Source of the DNA: an uncultured bacterium
GTDB taxonomy: Bacteria > Caldisericota > Caldisericia > JAAYUI01
DNA length: 64,000 bases
Direction: 5' to 3'
NCBI GenBank assembly: GCA_965370295.1
Contig: CBDUSO010000002.1
Coordinates: 28,990-92,989, forward strand
Each line of letters begins with the position of its first letter. Position 1 is the first letter of the stretch. Positions 35,742 through 44,437 of this stretch are shown one piece after another. Under the pieces are notes generated by a model, which was not told where the DNA came from, made no database searches, and saw only the letters and a list, made by a program, of their open reading frames with translations. Made by a program: the position numbers and the translations under genes.

Positions 35742-35833
35742 ATTGGAGAAGCAGAAACCATAAAATACAGCTGAGGGTTATGAAACCCACCACACCATCT
35801 AGTATTCAGAAAACACACAGCTCAATTGTTTAT

Positions 35834-37105
35834 TTATTCACCAACATCCCGAACCAGTCTCACATAATTATAAATCTTAATGACATCACCCTGTGGTCCT
35901 CGACCCTCTGGGTAATCGTTGGGATTTCCTTCCTTTGGATCGCTTCTTTGGGCTCCTGCCCCGTGGACATCCAAAAGGTTTGCGTTTCCTCCTTGTGGGG
36001 GTTTCATCCATCCTCTTGCTTCACCAAAAGCGATGTAGCAAGCGGCTCTCCCCTGTTGATTTTTTGGACCATCAAGGTGGGTAGTGCTTGACCAGAAGAA
36101 TGGGTATGTGTTTCCTTTTTCTTTGGATGTTTCAAAGATTGGGTCGATTGCTGGGGAGTTTGTTGTTTTTGGGGATCTGGTATAATCAACAATGCTCTGA
36201 AGTTCTTTTATGTTTGGAAGTCTCCAGTCACTATGACCCAGATAATTTTTTTCATTTTTTTCCTGTACCCAGGCTAAAGAATCTTCCCAATTCATCCCTT
36301 TTTTGGAGTCTGTTTTTGACCACATGAGTTTTGTTGCATGATCTGTGATTGTGCCATCATCATTATCCTGGAAATCATTGATTCCATAATCCATGTTTCC
36401 GCGGACAAAAATTACAAACATTTTTTTGTCCGATTTTTTGGAACTTCCACCTGGTTTTCCGGGTGCTATTTTTGGGTATCCTTTGATTCTTCCATCTGCA
36501 AAGTTTACTCCAAAAACCGTTGCATCATTTTTCATTGTGGTGGATACATATTCAGTTGCTGACCAGTACTGAGAATCTATGTGTCTTTCACCTTTTGATT
36601 CATCACCATATGTGAATTCAAAATAATCAGTATCGATGTATGGGATTGAATCTTTGGCACTTTTACCCGTTGAACCTGTAAAATTTATCAGCGAATAGAG
36701 TTCCTTGATTGTTGGAACTCTCCAGTCGTCATATCCCTGCAATCTGCAATCTTTTACTTTTTTAAAAGTTTCATCAAAGGTAACTTTTTCACCAGGTTTT
36801 CTCTGCCACATTAATCCGGTTGTAACATCAATCACAACTTCATCATCACAGATAACATAGTGCGATTGGTTGCCTTTGTGCTGAGAATCTTGACCAAAAA
36901 AATCATCACCTTTTTCTGGGGTTATAACTTTTCCAGAGTTGCTATAACTCTTATCCTGGCTGGTATCTACGATTGTGTATCCTGTTCCTAATTTGTACAT
37001 CATTTGTTCTTCTCCAGCAAAGCTACGATTTGAAATAACAAAAGTCAGACCAACCAAAATAAGCACTAACAATAATACAACAAAATTTTTCTTAGAATTC
37101 TTCAT
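35834..37105 (-). CDS. Secreted DUF1566 (Lcl C-type-lectin-like) double-domain protein
   Basis: Signal peptide; TGLMWQ..GYDDWRVPTIKELYSL..YWSAT and KLMWSK..GHSDWRLPNIKELQSIVD..FWSST; ends YVRLVR. Confidence 0.9.
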   Translation of the reverse strand: MKNSKKNFVVLLLVLILVGLTFVISNRSFAGEEQMMYKLGTGYTIVDTSQDKSYSNSGKVITPEKGDDFFGQDSQHKGNQSHYVICDDEVVIDVTTGLMWQRKPGEKVTFDETFKKVKDCRLQGYDDWRVPTIKELYSLINFTGSTGKSAKDSIPYIDTDYFEFTYGDESKGERHIDSQYWSATEYVSTTMKNDATVFGVNFADGRIKGYPKIAPGKPGGSSKKSDKKMFVIFVRGNMDYGINDFQDNDDGTITDHATKLMWSKTDSKKGMNWEDSLAWVQEKNEKNYLGHSDWRLPNIKELQSIVDYTRSPKTTNSPAIDPIFETSKEKGNTYPFFWSSTTHLDGPKNQQGRAACYIAFGEARGWMKPPQGGNANLLDVHGAGAQRSDPKEGNPNDYPEGRGPQGDVIKIYNYVRLVRDVGE

Positions 37106-37196
37106 TATTTGTCCTTTCCATATCCTTTGTTGGAATACTATTACGAATAATTGAATTCTTTTGTCAGTTGATTAGAAAATGATAAGCAGGGATAGA

Positions 37197-40100
37197 TTAC
37201 TTTTTCAGCTTCCAGACAAGCTCTCTTCGTTGGGCTTCTAGTTCTTTGATATATGCCTTCAGGTTGTTGTCTTTCAAATATTTAACTGTATTTCTTAATA
37301 TTTCTATAGCATCTTTCATGATTTTATCTAATCCAGGATGATTTTTATCTGTCTCTGATAACCACAAGGCAAAGTTGCCAATCATCCAGGTTAATCGTGG
37401 CCAGAAGAAGAAGAAAGTATCTCCCCATTTATCTTTGTCCGTTACCACTGATTTGCATAAATCTGAGAATGTTTTTGTGACTAATTCTCTTCGTCTATCA
37501 CTACCGATTATTTTTGAGATTCCACCATAAGCTCGCTTGGAGTTAGCAACTTCATTTGCAAGGGTCACAATATCCATCACCCTTGATACCCACAAGTTAT
37601 TTTTTAGATCATCTCTTTTAAAGAGTTTTTTTGCACTCTCAAAAAGAGTACCTGCTTTTTGAGTTTTCCATGTGTACACAGATACGAATGATTCCCATAG
37701 TATGAGCAGAATTTGGTTGCCAAGAAGTGCCGAAGAATCATCGAGTTTTCCGTAAAGTGCATCAAATTTTTTACACACGGAGATTGCTTTTTTAAAGTCC
37801 AGCTTTGCGAGTGCATGCTCAACTTCAGAGATATATTTATTCGAGCCATATTCTGGATTGTTTAAGGACAAACCTATCTCATTCATCTGTTTGTTATACT
37901 TTTCAATTGATTGTTTGTCGTCATCCAGAATTGCAAGACAGATTAATCTTTCAAGTACACCAACATATCTATCAATACTCATGTTAAAGATCTTGTGTAG
38001 TTCTATGTTTTTATTGATACTTTCTCTTGCATCATCCAGTTGCATGAGGATTAAACCAATCTGGGTTAGTTGAAGCAGGCAGTAGCTTGAAGCATTGTAC
38101 TGCTTGTGTTTTGTTGTGAATTCAAGGGCTTTCATAAAATGCTCTCTGGCTTTTCCCCAATTTTTTTGGTGAAAATACAAATGAGCCAGGTTGATTAGAG
38201 CTGAGGATATGAAATATATCTCATAGTTTTTCTCGGCATACAGCCGAAGTGTTTCAAGATACTCAATCGCTTTATCATATTTACCAAGCTCAATGTTACC
38301 CAGTGCCAGATTATTTATTGAGCCACACCAATCATTTGAATTCTTGGTTTTCTCAGCGATTTCAAGAGCTTTTTTGTCCCATTTCAATGCTTCTTCTGGA
38401 TTATGATTCCTGAGAAATGCAGAACCTCGCAACGTGAATGCCATATACTGAGATCTAAGTGGTGCACCCGCCCCTGATATTTTTAATAATTCTTCGGTTA
38501 TTGAGAGCAACTTCCTGGCGGAAATATTTCTGACAGATAGGATGTACTGTGTTATCAAAAACTCTCTTCTTGTCGCGATGTCCACATGCCCGACACCCTT
38601 GAGATTTTCTACCAACTCCAAATAATGCATTGTTTTTTTCAGATCACCCAATTGTTTATAGTAACCGATTAAACAGAGATATGCTTTTACTTTGGTGTTT
38701 ATATCCTGGAGTTCTTCAACTCTGTTTATGAACAGATCAGTTGCTTTTTTTGTGTTGACTTGATTCATTGATTGAATCGCAGTCAAACCAGCGGTCGCGA
38801 CAAAGTTTACACCCTTTTCAAGTTGTCCAGAAAGAATATAATGCTCTCCAATCTCAAGGGTATATTTTTCAGAGTCAATGATCTCAAGTGTGCTTGCGAG
38901 TTCAAGCGAATATTTTTCTCTCTTCTGGCTTCTAACTTCGATTATCACAATATCTGAGATGATACCACTTACGATAAAATACAGTTCTTTCCCTATATTT
39001 CTCTCCTTTACAAGACCATCGTTTATCAGTCTTGTAACGGAAGAGCTGAATAGTTTATCGGGGTATCTGGCTATCGCCTTCAAGTGGCTCATCGGGAGAG
39101 GTCTGCCGATTAACGACATCTTTACCAACATTTCTTTTGGTTCTTTTGGTAGGTTTCTAAATTTAGAGACAAAAATATCGGTGATACTCCGAGGAAGCGA
39201 GGTGGTTGTAATATCTTTGTCTGATCTTTTTGAAGACTTCAGAAGCTCAGTTGCAAACATGGGATTGCCATCTGTCCTCCCAACAAGTGCGTCCAGCTCA
39301 AATGCTGAAACCTGGTGACCGAGTATCTCATGGGCAAGCGATGCAAGTTGACGCTTTGTGAGCGGGGTTAGTATTATAGATTCTGTGAAAGTATCGGTGA
39401 TTTCGTGTTCTGTGACACTAATAATCAACTTTCCAGTGGCTTTTCTCTTCACCATCTCTTTCATGACTGCCAATGAGAGCGGATCAAGATTATTCTCAAA
39501 CCCGAATACAACGGTACGACCCTTGAATGATTCTAGAATCAATTCCGCAATAATTTCAGCTTTTGCTTCTTCTTTATGGTTTTTTATACCATCTGGCAAA
39601 CCCAGTTTATCCGCAAAAGGAGGGGAGAGCGACCGAATCAATCCTGCATGAGCTTTTACTTTTTCAAGATCAGGAGTAATATCATACTGAGACATCTCAG
39701 CTAGCAGGTTTGAAATCGCCGAGACACCCTCGATGATAAATTCCGAATTACAGGATAGATACTTTATTTTTTTGGATAAAGTCATGGATTGGAACTCTAC
39801 AAGCATTCGTGATTTCCCCATACCCTCTGAGCCTGCAAGTTGAAGGGAATGTGATTCGCCTGTCATTATTGAGTCCAGCAAACCCTTTACACGGTCAATA
39901 ATTTCTTCTCTTCCAAAAATTGAGTACTTCTTTGAGGATGCTGAAATCATGGTGACTTCCTCGGTTTTGATACCCTTTTGAAAATTCTTAAGTGCAGTTA
40001 TCAATTCATCAGTGTTTTTGTATCTTTGATCAGGATTTTTCTGAAGACATTTCATACAAATCTTTTCGAGTTCCTTTGGAATTTCTGGATCAATGATTCT

Positions 40101-40763
40101 TAGGAGCTTTGGTCGTTCTTCAATAATTTTGTAAATCTGGGCAACAATATCCCCGCCTGCAAATGGCGTGACTCCAGTCAGGAGTTCGTAGAGGACTACG
40201 CCGAGAGAGTATATGTCGAGTCTTCCATCAATCTCTCTGCCCATCACTTGCTCTGGTGCCATGTATGATGCAGTTCCAATCACATTTCCAGTTCTGGTCA
40301 ACCTGGCTGAATCGGTTTGAAGGTGAGCAATTCCAAAATCTACAATCATTGCCTTTCCATCTGAAACTAGCAGGTTGCTAGGTTTTATATCTCGATGAAC
40401 AATTCCCTTCTTGTGAAGCTCTCCCAATGCTGATGTTACCTGAATTAAATAATCTATCAAAACTCCCAATTTACTTTTTTTAGAGTTTATCGGTTCTCCG
40501 TTTATGTACTCCATAGTGTAATAAAATGAGTTCCCATACTCTCCTGATTCAAAGAATTTTACAATCGATGGATGAGAAATGCCAGATAAAATCAATATCT
40601 CTCTAATAAAACGTTTCTTATTTTCATCAGAAACACCTTCGGTCGTAGTGAGAAGCTTTATTGCACATTCCCTCTTTTTGACTTTGTCATAAGCAAGGTA
40701 GACCTGGCCCATACCACCTTCGCCCAGCTTTTGTTTGAGTTCGTATCTACCGGCAATCAGCAT
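37197..40763 (-). CDS. Ser/Thr protein kinase + STAND-like ATPase + TPR protein
   Basis: GEGGMGQVY, AIK, HRDIKPSN, DFGIA, GTASYMAPE; IFGREE and GSEGMGKS Walker A; TDGNPMF; C-terminal TPRs. Confidence 0.9.
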   Translation of the reverse strand: MLIAGRYELKQKLGEGGMGQVYLAYDKVKKRECAIKLLTTTEGVSDENKKRFIREILILSGISHPSIVKFFESGEYGNSFYYTMEYINGEPINSKKSKLGVLIDYLIQVTSALGELHKKGIVHRDIKPSNLLVSDGKAMIVDFGIAHLQTDSARLTRTGNVIGTASYMAPEQVMGREIDGRLDIYSLGVVLYELLTGVTPFAGGDIVAQIYKIIEERPKLLRIIDPEIPKELEKICMKCLQKNPDQRYKNTDELITALKNFQKGIKTEEVTMISASSKKYSIFGREEIIDRVKGLLDSIMTGESHSLQLAGSEGMGKSRMLVEFQSMTLSKKIKYLSCNSEFIIEGVSAISNLLAEMSQYDITPDLEKVKAHAGLIRSLSPPFADKLGLPDGIKNHKEEAKAEIIAELILESFKGRTVVFGFENNLDPLSLAVMKEMVKRKATGKLIISVTEHEITDTFTESIILTPLTKRQLASLAHEILGHQVSAFELDALVGRTDGNPMFATELLKSSKRSDKDITTTSLPRSITDIFVSKFRNLPKEPKEMLVKMSLIGRPLPMSHLKAIARYPDKLFSSSVTRLINDGLVKERNIGKELYFIVSGIISDIVIIEVRSQKREKYSLELASTLEIIDSEKYTLEIGEHYILSGQLEKGVNFVATAGLTAIQSMNQVNTKKATDLFINRVEELQDINTKVKAYLCLIGYYKQLGDLKKTMHYLELVENLKGVGHVDIATRREFLITQYILSVRNISARKLLSITEELLKISGAGAPLRSQYMAFTLRGSAFLRNHNPEEALKWDKKALEIAEKTKNSNDWCGSINNLALGNIELGKYDKAIEYLETLRLYAEKNYEIYFISSALINLAHLYFHQKNWGKAREHFMKALEFTTKHKQYNASSYCLLQLTQIGLILMQLDDARESINKNIELHKIFNMSIDRYVGVLERLICLAILDDDKQSIEKYNKQMNEIGLSLNNPEYGSNKYISEVEHALAKLDFKKAISVCKKFDALYGKLDDSSALLGNQILLILWESFVSVYTWKTQKAGTLFESAKKLFKRDDLKNNLWVSRVMDIVTLANEVANSKRAYGGISKIIGSDRRRELVTKTFSDLCKSVVTDKDKWGDTFFFFWPRLTWMIGNFALWLSETDKNHPGLDKIMKDAIEILRNTVKYLKDNNLKAYIKELEAQRRELVWKLKK

Positions 40764-40936
40764 TGCGATTAGTATACTACATTAATTGAGATTATCAAAT
40801 TGTATTTATATTATCAATCTATACTAATTATTTAATATCAGCTCCAACATACCAGCTGAGAGTTGGCACAAACCAACTTGTTATTTCCACCATCCAAGTT
40901 AGAATCAAGGCAAAGAAATTCCCAAGGGGGATACAA

Positions 40937-42325
40937 ATGGACAGAGAACTTTTCAAACAGATTCCACAGGTCTCAGCAATCATTGATGACCCGGAATTCA
41001 AAACCAGATACGAAGGATTCAATCCTGAGGTCGTAACAAAACTCGTGAAATCAGCAGTTGATGATGTCAGAAAACAAATTATTGCAGACAAAATAAAAGA
41101 TAATATTGAAAGTGTTGTTCAAAAAACAATCGAGAACAAACTGCAAATTCTCACCAGCAGGTCTCTGAAAGCAGTAATCAACGCAACTGGAATCCTCCTC
41201 CACACAAATCTTGGAAGAGCACCAATGGCAGAAAACACCGGGCTTGGTGGAATCCTTGAAAATTATTCCAATCTGGAGTTTGACCTCTCAAGTGGCAAGC
41301 GAGGCAAGCGAGGATCACATGCCAAAGAACTCATCAAAATTGTAACCGGTGCTGAGGCTGGAGTTTTAATCAACAACAACGCCGCTGGAGTTTTGCTACT
41401 TTTGAAGGTGCTTGCAGAGGGGAAAGAAGTGATTGTCTCACGAGGTGAACTAATCGAGCTTGGAGGATCATTCCGAATTCCAGACATCATGAAACAATCC
41501 GGAGCAATCCTTAAAGAGGTTGGCACCACCAACCGAACCCACCTAAAAGATTATGAGAGTGCAATAAATGAAAACACCGCACTGATTCTCAAGATTCACC
41601 CTTCAAATTATGTTATCAAAGGATTTTCATCTGCCCCCTCAAATTTGGAACTTGCAGAACTTGCCCACAAGCACAATCTCCCATTTGCTCATGACATCGG
41701 TTCTGGACTCCTGAAACCCCTCGATCACAAAAATTTCAAAGATGAGCCAAGCTGCAGAGAAGCTCTCGAAGAGGGAGCAGATGCAGTCTTGTTCAGCGGG
41801 GACAAATTATTTGGAGGAACCCAGGCAGGATTCATTGTTGGAAAAGAAAGTATCATTGGAAAAATCAGCAAATACCCACTCATGAGAACCTACAGGCTTT
41901 CAAAAGCCCACATCTGCATGATTGAAGAAACATTGCGTTTATGGTTGCTTCCTGACTCTGAAGTCATCAAAAGAAATCCCGTGATGAGACTCATCACAAT
42001 TTCAGACGAAGAGCTTCGGACACACGCCGAAACACTACTCAAAATGATAGAACCAGTAGCTGAAGTTTTCTCACCAAAAATCATCAGAGTGGTCGGTCAG
42101 ATGGGTGGCGGTTCCCTGCCGGGCATCGACTTTGATTCCTGGGGAATCGAACTCACGCCAAAGGGTTCTGCTCAATCCATGCTCTCTGATTTCCGAAATG
42201 CACACACACCCATCATCGGACACATCATCGATGACAAGGTGATCCTTGATGTCAGAACCATCCTCCCAAAACAAGATGAAGCAGTAAGAGAAGCTATCGA
42301 ATATGTCGCAAAAATCCAAAGCTGA
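40937..42325 (+). CDS. selA: L-seryl-tRNA(Sec) selenium transferase
   Basis: VINATGILLHTNLGRAP, YSNLEFDL, NNNAA, SRGELIELGGSFRIPD, EVGTTNRT, FSGDKLFGG (PLP lysine). Confidence 0.96.
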   Translation: MDRELFKQIPQVSAIIDDPEFKTRYEGFNPEVVTKLVKSAVDDVRKQIIADKIKDNIESVVQKTIENKLQILTSRSLKAVINATGILLHTNLGRAPMAENTGLGGILENYSNLEFDLSSGKRGKRGSHAKELIKIVTGAEAGVLINNNAAGVLLLLKVLAEGKEVIVSRGELIELGGSFRIPDIMKQSGAILKEVGTTNRTHLKDYESAINENTALILKIHPSNYVIKGFSSAPSNLELAELAHKHNLPFAHDIGSGLLKPLDHKNFKDEPSCREALEEGADAVLFSGDKLFGGTQAGFIVGKESIIGKISKYPLMRTYRLSKAHICMIEETLRLWLLPDSEVIKRNPVMRLITISDEELRTHAETLLKMIEPVAEVFSPKIIRVVGQMGGGSLPGIDFDSWGIELTPKGSAQSMLSDFRNAHTPIIGHIIDDKVILDVRTILPKQDEAVREAIEYVAKIQS

Positions 42326-42929
42326 GCAGGCAATTCTGATTCTGGCAAAAGACCGTGACGGAATGGATTTTCAACGTCTCAACAAACGCGACCCGTGGCG
42401 AATCCTCTGCTCTGGAGTAATCTCTGTCAGAACAAATGATTTGGTTACTTACCCTGCAACCATGAGACTTTTTGAGAAATGGGAGTCTCCAGCTGACCTT
42501 TCACAGGCAGACCCTGAAGAGGTTGCAAAAACTATTTATCCAGCGGGATTCTACAAAACCAAGGGCGAGCGACTGGTTTTGATGGCACAAGAAATTGTGA
42601 ATCGATTTCAAAATAAAGTTCCAGGCAACATGAAAGATTTGACAAGTTTCAATGGTGTTGGCAGGAAGGTCGCAAATCTTGTGTTGACGCTCGGCTTTGG
42701 AATTCCAGCGGTAACTGTCGATTCCCATGTCCACCGAATCAGCAATCGAACAAGATGGATAACCACGAAAACCCCAGACAAAACAGAGCAAGCACTCATG
42801 AAAATTCTCCCGGAGAATCTGTGGATAATTTCAAATGAACTTTTGGTGAGGCTTGGGCAAGAAGTTTGCAGACCTTTGAAGCCCAGGTGTGAAAAGTGTT
42901 TGATTACTGAATTTTGTGATTATTTGTGA
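42303..42929 (+). CDS. nth: Endonuclease III
   Basis: HhH GVGRKVANLVL, VDSHVHRISNR, 4Fe-4S motif CRPLKPRCEKCLITEFC. Confidence 0.93.
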   Translation: MSQKSKAEQAILILAKDRDGMDFQRLNKRDPWRILCSGVISVRTNDLVTYPATMRLFEKWESPADLSQADPEEVAKTIYPAGFYKTKGERLVLMAQEIVNRFQNKVPGNMKDLTSFNGVGRKVANLVLTLGFGIPAVTVDSHVHRISNRTRWITTKTPDKTEQALMKILPENLWIISNELLVRLGQEVCRPLKPRCEKCLITEFCDYL

Positions 42930-42978
42930 TAATCAATTCCCGTACCATCCATCATTCTTTGTCCCCCCCCCTTTTTTT

Positions 42979-43130
42979 TGTCATTCCGCACTTGATGCGG
43001 AATCCAGGGTACTTGAAAATTGCGTCCACATTTTGTGAACCAATAATTTTGACTGGTTTAATAATTGTTATTTTCCTATTTTAAGCACAACCTTCTAATC
43101 TCCTGGATTCCCAATTTCGTGGGAATGACA
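42979..43130 (+). repeat. Family A ~152-bp palindromic element, left of the VOC pair
   Basis: TGTCATTCCGCACTTGATGCGGAATCCAGGG ... CCTGGATTCCCAATTTCGTGGGAATGACA; terminal inverted repeat TGTCATTCC/GGAATGACA; spacer similar to 44205-44357. Confidence 0.85.
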
Positions 43131-43222
43131 TGGAATACAAATACAGTATATATCCAAGAATGGCATGTTGCATTCAAACACAATACGTGTAAAATGTATA
43201 ACAACTCAACTGGAGGTGTTTC

Positions 43223-43684
43223 ATGCCAGAAGAAAAGAAGCCAAAAGTTTCTATTAACGTCTTATATCTTTATTGCAATGATGTTCATGCTATTCGTCAT
43301 TTTTATAAGGACATCATCGGTATGGGTGAACACGATTTTGGGATGCCAGACAGTGTTTATTGTGGTCAAACCTCTGACGGAATAACCATGATGTGGTTCA
43401 AGTCTGAAAAGGAAGGTCTGTTGCCTCGTGAAAAATGGGTTGATTTACCAGGCTTCAATGGTGGAGAAGTTGAGGAACCCGCATGGGGTATCCAATTGCC
43501 ACTTGAAGATTTCACAAATATTGTAAAAAAATTGAAAGATGAGAAAGCCCATCTTCTCTTCCCAGACCCAATCTGGGCACAGGACTCATACTGGGCATTC
43601 CCCGTCCGCGACCCAATGGGATACACGGTTGAGGTGTACACAGTTCCAAAAGAGAGACCTCAAAATAAAGTTTGGGGAGAATAA
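43223..43684 (+). CDS. VOC (glyoxalase/bleomycin-resistance) family protein
   Basis: LYCNDVHAIRHFYKDIIGM ... FPVRDPMGYTVEV; SD GGAGG. Confidence 0.85.
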   Translation: MPEEKKPKVSINVLYLYCNDVHAIRHFYKDIIGMGEHDFGMPDSVYCGQTSDGITMMWFKSEKEGLLPREKWVDLPGFNGGEVEEPAWGIQLPLEDFTNIVKKLKDEKAHLLFPDPIWAQDSYWAFPVRDPMGYTVEVYTVPKERPQNKVWGE

Positions 43685-43687
43685 AAA

Positions 43688-44080
43688 ATGGAAATCAACC
43701 TGGGTAGATTTGAACTCTGCTTGAATGTTGCCAACATAAACAAGTCTATCGAATTTTACAAAAAATTTGGGTTTGAAAAAATTGATGGGAATCCTGAGGA
43801 TGAGGGCTGGGCTATCATGAAACATAACAACGGAATTATTGCTCTTTACAACAAAGACACTATCAGCATGGAAACAGGGCACACTCTAAACTTCAGAGGC
43901 GGTGATGTCAAAGCTATCACCAACAATTTGAAAAAACAGGGACTCAAAATGAAGATTGATTTCAAACCAGGAAAAAACGGAGGAGGAAGTGCCACCCTTC
44001 TTGATCCTGATGGAAACATTATTTTCCTTGATACCGCCCCTGATGAACCAAGATATGAGTTCAATATCGACAGACTCTAA
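43688..44080 (+). CDS. VOC family protein
   Basis: LNVANINKSIEFYKKFGF ... TLLDPDGNIIFLD. Confidence 0.88.
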   Translation: MEINLGRFELCLNVANINKSIEFYKKFGFEKIDGNPEDEGWAIMKHNNGIIALYNKDTISMETGHTLNFRGGDVKAITNNLKKQGLKMKIDFKPGKNGGGSATLLDPDGNIIFLDTAPDEPRYEFNIDRL

Positions 44081-44134
44081 AGGAGGGTGAGTCCCCATAG
44101 ACTCATACTTTCGTAGAGATCATTTCGCACTTTT

Positions 44135-44162
44135 AGATTCTTAAGTCAAGTTCAGAATGACG
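44135..44162 (-). repeat. Family A half-element
   Basis: AGATTCTTAAGTCAAGTTCAGAATGACG, near-identical reverse complement of 4417-4445 and 62842-62870. Confidence 0.8.
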
Positions 44163-44204
44163 GTGGTGGTATTTCAAAATATCACACATCGCCTCTCAAT
44201 CGTT

Positions 44205-44357
44205 TGTCATTCCTGACTTGACACGGAATCCAGGGTCTTGTCAAAGCGAGAGAATATCTGTGAAAGGCAATGATTTTGACCGGGTAGATAGTTGTTATTT
44301 TTCTATTTTGATTGCGATTTTATAATCCCCTGGATTCCCGATTTCTCGGGAATGACA
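44205..44357 (+). repeat. Family A ~153-bp palindromic element, right of the VOC pair
   Basis: TGTCATTCCTGACTTGACACGGAATCCAGGG ... CCTGGATTCCCGATTTCTCGGGAATGACA. Confidence 0.85.
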
Positions 44358-44437
44358 TAGCCAAATATTTCAATCCCCAGCTTCACATGAACAAATTTTC
44401 GGTGTATACTTATTTATCTATAAAGGAGGAGCGAAAT

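Noticed and set aside
35834-37105. DUF1566 gene as a diversity-generating retroelement target
   Set aside because: No reverse transcriptase or avd gene in the window, and no second near-identical copy of the 3' region differing at adenines was seen; it could still be targeted in trans
43065-43385. ORF-track starts lying within repeat elements (43065 ORF; 44312 extension; 25074 ORF)
   Set aside because: They begin in or span family A palindromes; better-supported starts with SD exist at 43223 and 44438
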